DNA of 11,948 nucleotides from an uncultured Gammaproteobacteria bacterium (GTDB lineage Bacteria; Patescibacteriota; Microgenomatia; Daviesbacterales; UBA10151): NCBI GenBank assembly GCA_964522265.1, contig CAZFVS010000027.1, positions 1 to 11,948 of the forward strand, read 5' to 3'. Shown piece by piece: positions 1 to 7,682 of this stretch (position 1 is its first letter; each line of letters starts with the position of its first letter). The notes under the pieces were generated by a model. It saw only the letters and a program-made list of their open reading frames with translations, ran no database searches and was not told where the DNA came from. The position numbers and the translations under genes were made by a program.

Positions 1-41
1 CGGATCATTTTCAGGCAGACGCAGCTAAATTGGTGTCTTAT

Positions 42-518
42 TCACACGCATTTAAGGTATTCGGAAAAACCAGCGATCAGCACACTGGCTCTTAGTGAAT
101 TTTTTTCGTTTATCTTCTCTATTCTGTTACAATAAACAATGCTTGAAGAAAGCCTGTCATTGTCTTTGACTGCACAAAGGTGGATATATTCATCGTTTGC
201 GTCAAAACAATAAACCTCTGAATCGACACCTCTTCTCCTAATGGTAAAAAGTTGGATGTCATCCCTGATATATTCATCAATGACATCGATTAGGTTATCG
301 CCTACACGGAAACGTATGGATTTATCCGGCCTTCGGAGATGTGAACCATTTCTTAAGCTGTCAGTTAATGCCTGAAGGTAAGCCGGGCACTGGATAAGTT
401 TTTTCCGAAAATCGTCAATGAAAAAGAATGCGTTTTGTTCAACCGTTTCCGGAGAAATTTCCTTACTCACACTAAAAAGTATACTCCTAATTATCACCTG
501 AAGATAGTAGAGCTGCAA
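42..518 (-). CDS. hypothetical protein, possible RelE/ParE-like core with about 55-aa C-terminal extension; start uncertain (TTG 518 or GTG 470)
   Basis: 158-codon ORF with no in-frame ATG. The track start is TTG. An AGGAG (minus strand, 488-484) lies 13 nt upstream of an in-frame GTG at 470. The segment SIRFRVGDNLIDVIDEYIRDDIQLFTIRRRGVDSEVY resembles the C-terminal beta-strand/R..SEVY core of RelE-type toxins. The ORF lies 22 bp downstream of the M16 gene on the same strand. Confidence 0.55.
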   Translation of the reverse strand: MQLYYLQVIIRSILFSVSKEISPETVEQNAFFFIDDFRKKLIQCPAYLQALTDSLRNGSHLRRPDKSIRFRVGDNLIDVIDEYIRDDIQLFTIRRRGVDSEVYCFDANDEYIHLCAVKDNDRLSSSIVYCNRIEKINEKNSLRASVLIAGFSEYLKCV

Positions 519-540
519 GGTATTCTGGTTCAGGAATAAA

Positions 541-1788
541 TTAGACCGGTTGGATGATCACTGTGGCTAATCTTTCCGGGGTTAAATACTTTTCCCGAGC
601 TGAAACTAAATCATCAAATTTTGTCTGTTCAATTGTTTTACGGATTTTTTTAATAATTTTATTTACTTCATTTAAACCTTTTCCTCTTTCCACTATGATC
701 TGTTTCAATATACTTTGCCATTCCCATGGGCCTTCAAAGGCTGTTAACCACTCATCAAGCTTAGAATCCCTCTTCCTTTCAAACATACCCTTATTTAAAG
801 GATAGCCACAAAGAACTTCTTCCATAATTTTTTCTGTTTCCTGAAGTCTTTTGGGCTTAACTTCAGCCATTGCACTCAGATAATAACCCAACCGGGCATC
901 TCCGCTTAAATAGGAACGCACAGAATATGCATAAGCCCTCTTCTCTCTGATTTCCTGAGTGAGTAGTGAGTCAAAATCCTTACCTAAAGTATCTGCCAAA
1001 AGATCAATATCAAAAGAATCTTTATTTGCTAAAATTGGAATTTTACATCCCATTAAAACAATACCTTTTTGCCTGTCTGGTTTCGGGATGACAGATCTTT
1101 GTTCTAAAGGAGGGTTGTCAGATTCCTCGCCCCAATACATTTTATCCGGGATGGCTCTAAAATTTATCGGTATTGATGAATTTATCTGATCCAGTATAGC
1201 CCGATGGTCTATCTTACCTGTTGCCAATACCAAAGTGTTTGAAGGAATATACCAATTTTGATGTTTTTCATCTATCAAATCCCTGGTAATGTTTTTTAAG
1301 CTATCCGGAGTACCAGCGCCAAATCGCCTCAAAGGATTATCTTTCCATAGCATCTCCTGTAATTGAAAATAAGCTTTACGTGAATCCTGGTCATTATTTC
1401 TGGCAATTTCAAGCTCTATTACGTCCCGTTCCTTATCTATCTCTTCTGCAGGAAAAGTTGAGTTTGCATACATATCAAATAATATGTCAGAGATCTCATT
1501 GAGACGAATATATGCACCTTGACCATAATAGCTGGTTTCCAACCTGTCTGTGGATGCATTATAGAAATTGCAATATCTACCTAAATCTGCACTAATCTCA
1601 TCAGATCTGCGCTTTTGGGTCCCTTTAAAAGCCATGTGCTCAAAAAAGTGAGCCAAACCTTCCTGCCCTGGCGGGTCATGAGCAGACCCGAACCCCGCCA
1701 TTATTTCAACAACCACCTTGCCTGTATGTGGAAGATATTTTGTAATCAACCTCAATCCATCTTCGCGTATGGTTTCCTGAAGACTCAT
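541..1788 (-). CDS. M16 (pitrilysin/insulinase) family zinc metallopeptidase
   Basis: 415-aa ORF with an ATG start. It carries the inverted zinc-binding motif HxxEH in the classic context GLAHFFEHMAFKGT (HFFEH encoded at 1650-1636, minus strand). Length and two-lobed layout are typical of bacterial M16 peptidases. Confidence 0.9.
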   Translation of the reverse strand: MSLQETIREDGLRLITKYLPHTGKVVVEIMAGFGSAHDPPGQEGLAHFFEHMAFKGTQKRRSDEISADLGRYCNFYNASTDRLETSYYGQGAYIRLNEISDILFDMYANSTFPAEEIDKERDVIELEIARNNDQDSRKAYFQLQEMLWKDNPLRRFGAGTPDSLKNITRDLIDEKHQNWYIPSNTLVLATGKIDHRAILDQINSSIPINFRAIPDKMYWGEESDNPPLEQRSVIPKPDRQKGIVLMGCKIPILANKDSFDIDLLADTLGKDFDSLLTQEIREKRAYAYSVRSYLSGDARLGYYLSAMAEVKPKRLQETEKIMEEVLCGYPLNKGMFERKRDSKLDEWLTAFEGPWEWQSILKQIIVERGKGLNEVNKIIKKIRKTIEQTKFDDLVSAREKYLTPERLATVIIQPV

Positions 1789-1899
1789 AGAATAATTAGT
1801 TTCTTAAACCCTAGTTGATCTTACCTGCTTTGTCAAGTCCAATCATGACTTCTCAATTAACGGGTATTTTAGCCAATCTTTTGTTATCATTTACTTAGG

Positions 1900-3099
1900 A
1901 TGAGATTTAAAACTGGCAAAGAAAACAATCCTTTTTATATCGGGCTGTTAAGTTTTTTTGGCGGCATCAGCCAAGATATTTTTATTCCGATTTTACCCTT
2001 ATACCTTGCCAATGTCCTGCACTTTGATAAATCCTTTATCGGTTTAACCGAAGGTGTTGTTACCTCAAGCGCCAGTATTTTTAAGGTTATCGCCGGATTT
2101 TTATCTGACAAATTAGGCCGGAGAAAACCCCTGGTTTTTGCGGGATATTTCCTGTCTTTTATTGCACGCCCAATTCTTGCTTTCACTTCCCTCGGGGCAG
2201 GAGTCTTGTTTTTAAGGTTTTTGGACGGAATTGGCAAAGGTGTTAAGGATTCCCCTAAGGATGCACTGATTGCCGATTCATCAGAGGAGCAAACCAGGGG
2301 TAAAAGTTTTGGCATAGTCAGGGCTCTTGATACTTTAGGCTCAGTAGCAGGACCGTTAATTCTTTTTGCCTTGCTGTATCTTTTACAAAACAACAGCCTA
2401 AAATATAACTATATCTTCTTTATTGCAGCCATCCCCTTGCTTTTTACCTTAGGCATTTTGACTTTTTTTGTCAGGGAAGCGGCTGCCAAAAAAGATATTG
2501 CTATAAATTTGCAGTTTAGCTTGCCAAAAAAGTTTTACATCTTTCTTGCTATAGTTTTGGTCTTCTCTTTGGGAAATTCATCTGATATTTTTTTAATCCT
2601 ACGGGCTCAAAATGTGGGGGTAGGGCTGCTTGCTATTCCATTAATCTATGCGCTATTTAATTTTGTTTATGCTTCTGCTTCAATTCCTCTGGGAAGCCTG
2701 TCTGATAAAATCGGCAGGGAGAAAGTGATTTTAATAGGCTGGATTGCCTATGCCTTGGCTTATTTGGGATTCGGGTTGGCCCAATCCGGCTACCAAATCT
2801 GGCTGCTGTTTGCTTTCTATGGGATCTATTATGCTACTACCGAAGGCGTTGCTAAAGCTTTCATTGCAGATATGACTCCCTCTCAACATAGAGGTAAAGC
2901 TTACGGGATTTATAACACCTCTGTCGGATTGACCACTCTTCCTGCCAGCTTTATCGCCGGACTGCTATGGGACAGGGTCAATCCTCAACTGCCTTTTTTA
3001 TTCGGAAGCATCATGGCGGCTACAGCAGTAGTCTTATTGGTGATTTTTTTAAAAAAAGATAACGCTTCAACAACGGGGTTCTGGAAAAAATCAGGTTAA
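1900..3099 (+). CDS. MFS (major facilitator superfamily) transporter
   Basis: 399-aa, highly hydrophobic ORF with about 12 predicted helices. MFS signature motif A, GFLSDKLGRRKP, is encoded at 2095-2130 after TM2. It is duplicated as GSLSDKIGREKV in the second half, consistent with the 6+6 pseudo-symmetry of MFS proteins. Confidence 0.9.
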   Translation: MRFKTGKENNPFYIGLLSFFGGISQDIFIPILPLYLANVLHFDKSFIGLTEGVVTSSASIFKVIAGFLSDKLGRRKPLVFAGYFLSFIARPILAFTSLGAGVLFLRFLDGIGKGVKDSPKDALIADSSEEQTRGKSFGIVRALDTLGSVAGPLILFALLYLLQNNSLKYNYIFFIAAIPLLFTLGILTFFVREAAAKKDIAINLQFSLPKKFYIFLAIVLVFSLGNSSDIFLILRAQNVGVGLLAIPLIYALFNFVYASASIPLGSLSDKIGREKVILIGWIAYALAYLGFGLAQSGYQIWLLFAFYGIYYATTEGVAKAFIADMTPSQHRGKAYGIYNTSVGLTTLPASFIAGLLWDRVNPQLPFLFGSIMAATAVVLLVIFLKKDNASTTGFWKKSG

Positions 3100-3259
3100 A
3101 TTTTTCTGCGGATAAATTCTTTTTCGCTAGATTCTGCTTGTTTGATGACTTCCTGTTTGTCTTTTTGGAACGAAACCTAATTAACGCCATTATTGTTAAA
3201 GAAAGTTTAAAAAAAACCTGAGAAAGAGCTTAAAAAATTTTAATCAGTGAGGTTACGGG

Positions 3260-3913
3260 TTAATTTCCAATTACGCTTAACGTCATTGACATGAAATTAT
3301 CCCCTGCTAAAGTTACATCAACATACATTTTATAAACCTCTTCCTCTTTATAAAAAACTATATAGGGCAACCCTCCATATTTTTCTCCATATTGGGTTGT
3401 CCTGTCCCAACCTTTTAATTTCATAGCCTGCTCGTATGCGCTGTCAACTTTTTTGGGAAAATTTACTAACAGGTCCGGATAATTAGGCAAATTAGCATTA
3501 ATACTTTTGGCAAATTTGTAATATGTCAATCCCATATCTGAAAAAGCTTTTTCCCTAACCTCAAAAAAATCATAACTTATTACACACGCTGAAGCTTTAT
3601 CTTCATCCGGAAAGCGTTTCTTATTATATAGAGGCAAAAGCGTTCCTGAGGTACTTTTTCTTTCATAGCTGTGAGGAGGTGGAGGCAGGTCTTTAATCTT
3701 TTCCAGGCAAATTTCCCTGAGAGATTGTTTTTTAGGTGTTGCAGCGGGTGATGGGGAGCTTTTCGGAATATTTGCAGCCTGATTTTGAGAAGGCTTGTTT
3801 AAAAGATTGTTGTTATTTTTTGCGAAAACAAAAAAACCTCCAAAAAGAAATAACAGTAGAATTATCCAGATTGGGGCAAAACCTGCTTGGCGATTTAATA
3901 GATTACGGCGCAT
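3260..3913 (-). CDS. membrane-anchored hypothetical protein, 2-Cys ectodomain (family B), paralog of 9002..9670
   Basis: 217 aa. The N-terminus is MRRNLLNRQAGFAPIWIILLLFLFGGFFVF (basic tail plus one TM), followed by a P/S/A/K-rich linker and a globular domain. It aligns by eye with the 9002 product: EICLEKIKDLP vs KYCKEELVKIP, RFPDEDK vs KFPKDKK, ACVISYDF vs SCVIDYNY. Its ATG overlaps the upstream stop as TAATG at 3911-3915. Confidence 0.75.
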   Translation of the reverse strand: MRRNLLNRQAGFAPIWIILLLFLFGGFFVFAKNNNNLLNKPSQNQAANIPKSSPSPAATPKKQSLREICLEKIKDLPPPPHSYERKSTSGTLLPLYNKKRFPDEDKASACVISYDFFEVREKAFSDMGLTYYKFAKSINANLPNYPDLLVNFPKKVDSAYEQAMKLKGWDRTTQYGEKYGGLPYIVFYKEEEVYKMYVDVTLAGDNFMSMTLSVIGN

Positions 3914-4593
3914 TAAAGCTTAAATGTTTGGATTGAAGCGTCTATATTGGCTTTTTCGTCTTCCCAAATTCCCGCATTACTCATACCAATAACTGCAAAA
4001 AGATATTTTTCTGTTTTTAGCACAATATACCTTCCGTGCATTTTTTCGGTGTTAATCATACCCGTAAACTCGAGTTCATAGCCATCCTGAACACCAACTT
4101 TAGTCTCTTTTTCTCCAATAAATTCAGTGCTGCCAAACTGTTTTTTGAGATAAGCTTTGTGGACATCAGCAATAGTGGCCACCTTCATGTCTTTGTTTGC
4201 ACCTATATCGCCTCCCACAACGCTCACCAAAGCATCTGCCTGGTCAGGACCTTTCTTTTCTGAAGGTTTAAAGAAGGTAGAATTTTCTGCCTGTTCTTTG
4301 ACCTTCCAGCCCTCCGGATAGCTTATAGAATAACCATATTTTGTATTGGAATAGATTTCAGAATTTAATTTAACTGCAGGTTTCGGTGTGTCTGTCGGAG
4401 CGGGTTTTTCAGTTTGGGTTACCGGCTGGTTACCCTGAGATTTATTGGGATCATCTACTTTAACATATCCGGAAAATTTCAGGCTTCCTGAGGCGATAAG
4501 TATGATTATAATTACCACAATCACACCGCCAATTATTAGAGGCGGACTGGCAACAAAACCTGCTGATTTGGTTCGGGCAGAAGAACCTTTCAT
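3913..4593 (-). CDS. membrane-anchored PsbP/DcrB (DUF1795)-like domain protein (family A)
   Basis: 226 aa. It has an N-terminal anchor (TKSAGFVASPPLIIGGVIVVIIIILIASG) and a P/T/K-rich linker. The domain opens with YSISYPEGWKVKEQ and ends with ASIQTFKL. The same start and end signatures occur in the 5502 and 6230 products. Confidence 0.8.
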   Translation of the reverse strand: MKGSSARTKSAGFVASPPLIIGGVIVVIIIILIASGSLKFSGYVKVDDPNKSQGNQPVTQTEKPAPTDTPKPAVKLNSEIYSNTKYGYSISYPEGWKVKEQAENSTFFKPSEKKGPDQADALVSVVGGDIGANKDMKVATIADVHKAYLKKQFGSTEFIGEKETKVGVQDGYELEFTGMINTEKMHGRYIVLKTEKYLFAVIGMSNAGIWEDEKANIDASIQTFKL

Positions 4594-4657
4594 TAATTTA
4601 ATTATTGGATAGAATATAATGACTTGTCAAGGGTCAGTTTGTCTTAGGTTTATATCA

Positions 4658-5407
4658 CTACTTACAAAGAGCTAAACCAGAACCAACTTCATACAGTCCT
4701 GCATCATCCCCGCCATCAGCCAAAGCCTTATCTTGTCCTTCTTCCGATTCAAGTTTAGCATTTATTTCCCAGTTTTTGCCATCTGAACAATAGCTATAAT
4801 GGAATTTTTCACTGTTTGTGGGATCCAAAGGTAGTTCAGGTAGTTCTTTTAAACTCATTTTTAAAGCAATATTGTCTATATTTAATAAATCAACTTTTAT
4901 CCAACCGGATCCATCTAAAAGTTTTGAGGGATTTTTGTCTGAAGTCTCGATGCAGGGAGCTTTTGTTTTTCCACATAACTTGAGGGGAGCGGCTGATACT
5001 TGGCTAGCTATAACCAGAGCTTGATTAATTTGAGCAAGATCAAGTTGTCTCTGGGCATCCCTGCTTCTTTCTGCTAATTTGGGATTGCTTTCAACTATTT
5101 TTTCTCCTATTTTCTTAGCTGTTTCAGGATTTTTTATAGCTTTATAAGTTGTAAAACCTACTAAAACTGCAAAGAAAATACCTATAATAGCCAAGACCAA
5201 CGGGACGGTTAGAAGAATTTTTAACCATTTAGGCCATTTCGTCCAGACATAAGTTAAAATTAAACCGATGGGGTAGGCAAAAATTAATAAGAGGATTGTT
5301 ATAATAGTTTTTGAGTCTTCTGATAAACCATCTTTCTGGGGCTGAGGTTGAGGTTGAAATGGGATATCGGTTTGAGGAGGATTAGGTGTTGCTGGAATAT
5401 TTTCCAT
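4658..5407 (-). CDS. type IV pilin/pseudopilin-like globular domain protein with a non-canonical N-terminus (P/Q-rich tail plus 2 TM, no GFTLIE leader)
   Basis: 249 aa. The C-terminal roughly 135 aa carry pilin-like signatures: ERSRDAQRQLDLAQINQAL (alpha1-C-like), LPLDPTN, YSYCSDGKNWEINAKLES, DGGDDAGLYEVGSGLALCK, with Cys pairs placed like a pilin D-region disulfide. The N-terminus is MENIPATPNPPQTDIPFQPQPQPQ followed by two hydrophobic helices. Confidence 0.8.
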   Translation of the reverse strand: MENIPATPNPPQTDIPFQPQPQPQKDGLSEDSKTIITILLLIFAYPIGLILTYVWTKWPKWLKILLTVPLVLAIIGIFFAVLVGFTTYKAIKNPETAKKIGEKIVESNPKLAERSRDAQRQLDLAQINQALVIASQVSAAPLKLCGKTKAPCIETSDKNPSKLLDGSGWIKVDLLNIDNIALKMSLKELPELPLDPTNSEKFHYSYCSDGKNWEINAKLESEEGQDKALADGGDDAGLYEVGSGLALCK

Positions 5408-5429
5408 GTTATTTTGTTCTAATAAATAA

Positions 5430-5494
5430 TTATTATTCTATTTATTTTTCTTAGTCAAGTACCATTTGACATTCGCAACTGCTAAGTTTACCAT
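5430..5494. promoter_or_regulatory. candidate back-to-back divergent sigma70-type promoters for the two arms of the island
   Basis: Plus strand: TTGACA (5466-5471), 17-nt spacer, TACCAT (5489-5494), which ends 7 nt before ATG 5502. Minus strand: TTGACT (5458-5453), 17-nt spacer, TAATAA (5435-5430). The two -35 boxes form the inverted repeat GTCAA-N7-TTGAC. The -10 boxes are weak matches. Confidence 0.3.
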
Positions 5495-5501
5495 TTATAT
5501 A

Positions 5502-6230
5502 ATGTCCATATTAAAAAACCAAAGAGGTATCCTTCCTTTATTTTTGCTAATAGCAATTGGTGTAGCAGTTTTGGCGGGTGGAACTTATCTTATCAGGAAT
5601 GAGTTTGTTAAAACCGGTAAATCTGGTAAGGCGGAGGTTGACAAAGTAAAAGTTCGGGAGCAGATAAATAATCCTAAACCTTTGCCTTCTTTGTCCCCAA
5701 CTCCGAAATCAGAGTTGCAATATGGAAGCTTTAAATACCAGCCAAGCGCTTCTCCTGATAAAGCTTCTGACATTGAACCCTCATTTAGCATCAATGCCCC
5801 CTCTGGCTGGACTAAATCGAGCCAATCAGATAACGTCATGAAGGTAAAATTTGAAGCTCCAGATGAAGACCAAGAGGTCGCCGGAGAAGATTTGCAAGCT
5901 ACCAACAAAGCCAAGGTCCAAATGAATATGGTAAAAGGCAGTGGCAGTGGTGACTTGGAATCATTTGTGGATTACTTCATCAGTTCCTCTAAATCAGGCT
6001 GGGAATCTCTACAGGTAAATTCAAAAAGTAAAACCACTTTTGCCGGACTGCCAGCGTATCGGGTAGAAGTAGACGTTTTTAAAAAAGGAGTAACTTTCAG
6101 GACGCTGTCTTATGTATTTATAAAAGGTAAGTTTGGTTTTGCGGTATATGGGGGAGCCTTAAAATCTGCCTGGGATAAAAGAGAACCGGAAATTCATAGC
6201 TCACTAAACTCTTTTAAACTATCAAACTAA
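5502..6230 (+). CDS. membrane-anchored PsbP/DcrB (DUF1795)-like domain protein (family A)
   Basis: I prefer ATG 5502 (MSILKNQRGILPLFLLIAIG...) over the track TTG at 5466, because 5466-5471 is a TTGACA -35 box. It has an anchor and a P/S/K-rich linker. The domain runs SFSINAPSGWTKSS ... TTFAGLPAYRVEV ... GGALKSAWDKREPEIHSSLNSFKL and is clearly paralogous to domain 1 of the next gene. Confidence 0.8.
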   Translation: MSILKNQRGILPLFLLIAIGVAVLAGGTYLIRNEFVKTGKSGKAEVDKVKVREQINNPKPLPSLSPTPKSELQYGSFKYQPSASPDKASDIEPSFSINAPSGWTKSSQSDNVMKVKFEAPDEDQEVAGEDLQATNKAKVQMNMVKGSGSGDLESFVDYFISSSKSGWESLQVNSKSKTTFAGLPAYRVEVDVFKKGVTFRTLSYVFIKGKFGFAVYGGALKSAWDKREPEIHSSLNSFKLSN

Positions 6231-7678
6231 TGTTAAACCCCCCTAAAATTAAAGGGCAATTCTTGAACCAAAGCGGTTCGCCTCGCTTTGCGAGCGAAGC
6301 AGGGGTTTTTCCGATTCTTTTTTTAGTGGTAATTGGAGCAACACTGGTTGGGGGAGGCGCTTATGCTGTTAAAAATAAGTTGGTTGCCATCAAAAATGGG
6401 CAGATTGTCTTTAATGTAAATAAACCCAAAGATATATATTCTGATAAGATTCCTGTTCCCAAAAACACTTTTAACAATTCCCCCGCTCCCAAAAAAGCAG
6501 AACTTTCCCAAAATTCTGCTGAGTATAAACCCGAAACAGGCGAACCCAAATTTTCTATCACCCCGCCTGCAGGCTGGGTAAAAGAAAAAGGAGAGGGCAA
6601 GGTTAAGTTATTTTTTGAAGCTTCCCAGGAAGACAAGAAAGAATTTGGGCTTAGCACCTCAAGATCAACTGCCAATATCCAGGTTACCTCGGAAAAAAGC
6701 AGTGCCAAAAGCCTGGATGAAGTAATGGCTAAATACAAAAAAGGGGCAGCTTTGGCTCCTGTTAAGATTGAAGTTCTAAAGGAGCAAAAAACTACTTTTG
6801 CGGGTCAAAATGCTATCCAGTTTGAGATTATAGTCAGTTTGGCTGATGTCAGTGATGCCCAAATTGAAGCGGAGTTAAAAAAAGCCGGCAATCAGGCTTC
6901 AGTCAAAGACGTCCAGGATATGCTTAAAAGCGGGAAAGTACGGGGTTTAAGCTACATTATGTTAAAAGACGGGTATGAAATTGGAATTGGCGGAGCAGCT
7001 TTAGGTGCTGCCTGGGATAAAAGAGGCCCGCAAATTGAATCTTCAATCAACAGTTTTAAATTTTTAGACGACTCGGCAAAAACTCAAACACACTCACCCT
7101 CTCCAACTACTACCCAATCGGTCGCTGTTTCTACAGGTAAACCAATAGATATATCCGGTTATAATACGGTTTTTGGTTCAAAAGAAGAACTTTCGTGGGA
7201 TAATCCTTCTAAGATGAAACCGCCTATCCCATTCTCCATGAAAGAACCCCTAAACTGGCAAAAAAAGGTGCCGACATTCGTAGATAATAAAAGCTACTCC
7301 GTAGAATATGAAGGGGAAGAAGAAAGCCAAACAGGAAAAAATGGGGCTGTTACAAAAACCAGACCATTAATTTCTGTCGAAATGATTTATAAACCCAGCA
7401 GTGATCTGGAGCAGGAAATCAAAAAGCTCAAAGCAAGTATAAAAACATACGGAGCAAATATTATAAATGAAAAAGGTGGAACTTTTTTTGGAGAAACAGG
7501 ATATTATCTTGAAGGTACATCAGTATATTCTAAAACCGAAGTCCTTAGTAAATCACAGTCTTATTTATTTTATAAAAATGATTATTTAATTACTGTTAGT
7601 ATGAATAGTTTAGATTCAACCTGGAGTAAGTGGCAGCCTGCTATGAAAAGTATCATTGATTCGTTTAAATTTCTTTAA
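6230..7678 (+). CDS. membrane-anchored protein with two tandem PsbP/DcrB-like domains (family A x2)
   Basis: 482 aa. Its ATG overlaps the upstream stop (TAATG at 6228-6232). Domain 1 (about 6548-7066) runs KFSITPPAGWVKEKG ... TTFAGQNAIQFEI ... GAAWDKRGPQIESSINSFKFL. A S/T/P-rich linker follows. Domain 2 (about 7140-7675) ends SKWQPAMKSIIDSFKFL. Confidence 0.85.
   Translation: MLNPPKIKGQFLNQSGSPRFASEAGVFPILFLVVIGATLVGGGAYAVKNKLVAIKNGQIVFNVNKPKDIYSDKIPVPKNTFNNSPAPKKAELSQNSAEYKPETGEPKFSITPPAGWVKEKGEGKVKLFFEASQEDKKEFGLSTSRSTANIQVTSEKSSAKSLDEVMAKYKKGAALAPVKIEVLKEQKTTFAGQNAIQFEIIVSLADVSDAQIEAELKKAGNQASVKDVQDMLKSGKVRGLSYIMLKDGYEIGIGGAALGAAWDKRGPQIESSINSFKFLDDSAKTQTHSPSPTTTQSVAVSTGKPIDISGYNTVFGSKEELSWDNPSKMKPPIPFSMKEPLNWQKKVPTFVDNKSYSVEYEGEEESQTGKNGAVTKTRPLISVEMIYKPSSDLEQEIKKLKASIKTYGANIINEKGGTFFGETGYYLEGTSVYSKTEVLSKSQSYLFYKNDYLITVSMNSLDSTWSKWQPAMKSIIDSFKFL
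6277..6298. repeat. GC-rich imperfect hairpin embedded in coding sequence (in-frame palindromic-element insertion)
   Basis: Arms are ttcgcctcgc (6277-6286) and gcgagcgaa (6290-6298) around a ttt loop, with one bulged base. It shares tcgcctcg and gcgagcgaa with the element at 8155-8210. It encodes the extra residues SPRFASEA that are absent from the paralog N-terminus. Confidence 0.5.
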
Positions 7679-7682
7679 TTTT

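Noticed and set aside
554-1818. Three plus-strand ORFs (554..805, 959..1189, 1615..1818) inside the M16 peptidase region
   Set aside because: They lie antisense to, and nested in, a 415-aa ORF with a clear HxxEH peptidase signature. Their translations are low-complexity and hydrophobic shadow sequences with no motifs.
1935-2393. Minus-strand 152-aa ORF
   Set aside because: It lies fully inside the MFS transporter gene on the opposite strand. Its K/P/R-rich composition is typical of an antisense shadow.
3100-3259. Convergent gap between the MFS gene and the island: looked for a bidirectional terminator or small gene
   Set aside because: Only AT-only pseudo-palindromes and a badly bulged cctga/tcag..gg pairing are present. 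The one 56-codon minus ORF is extremely basic and overlaps the MFS 3' end. I cannot support any feature here.
3736-5024. Plus-strand ORFs 3736..3936, 4036..4263, 4818..5024
   Set aside because: They are antisense shadows of the three leftward island genes, whose reality is supported by paralogy and domain signatures.
5466-5501. Track start TTG at 5466 (and TTG at 7656 for the 5-TM gene)
   Set aside because: 5466-5471 is a consensus TTGACA -35 box, and the extra 12 residues precede a typical MSILKNQRG N-terminus. TTG 7656 would overlap the upstream gene by 23 nt, while an ATG lies 4 nt after that gene's stop.
5585-6738. Minus-strand ORFs 5585..5914, 6323..6511, 6361..6738
   Set aside because: They are antisense to the family A genes. 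They have no start context and show no conservation between the two paralogous regions in those frames.
6166-7025. 18-nt identical DNA stretch (6166-6183 vs 7008-7025) as a possible DGR template/variable repeat pair
   Set aside because: The identity is short, falls on the conserved AAWDKR motif of two paralogous domains, and is flanked by ordinary divergence at all base types rather than adenine-specific changes. No reverse transcriptase is present in the window.
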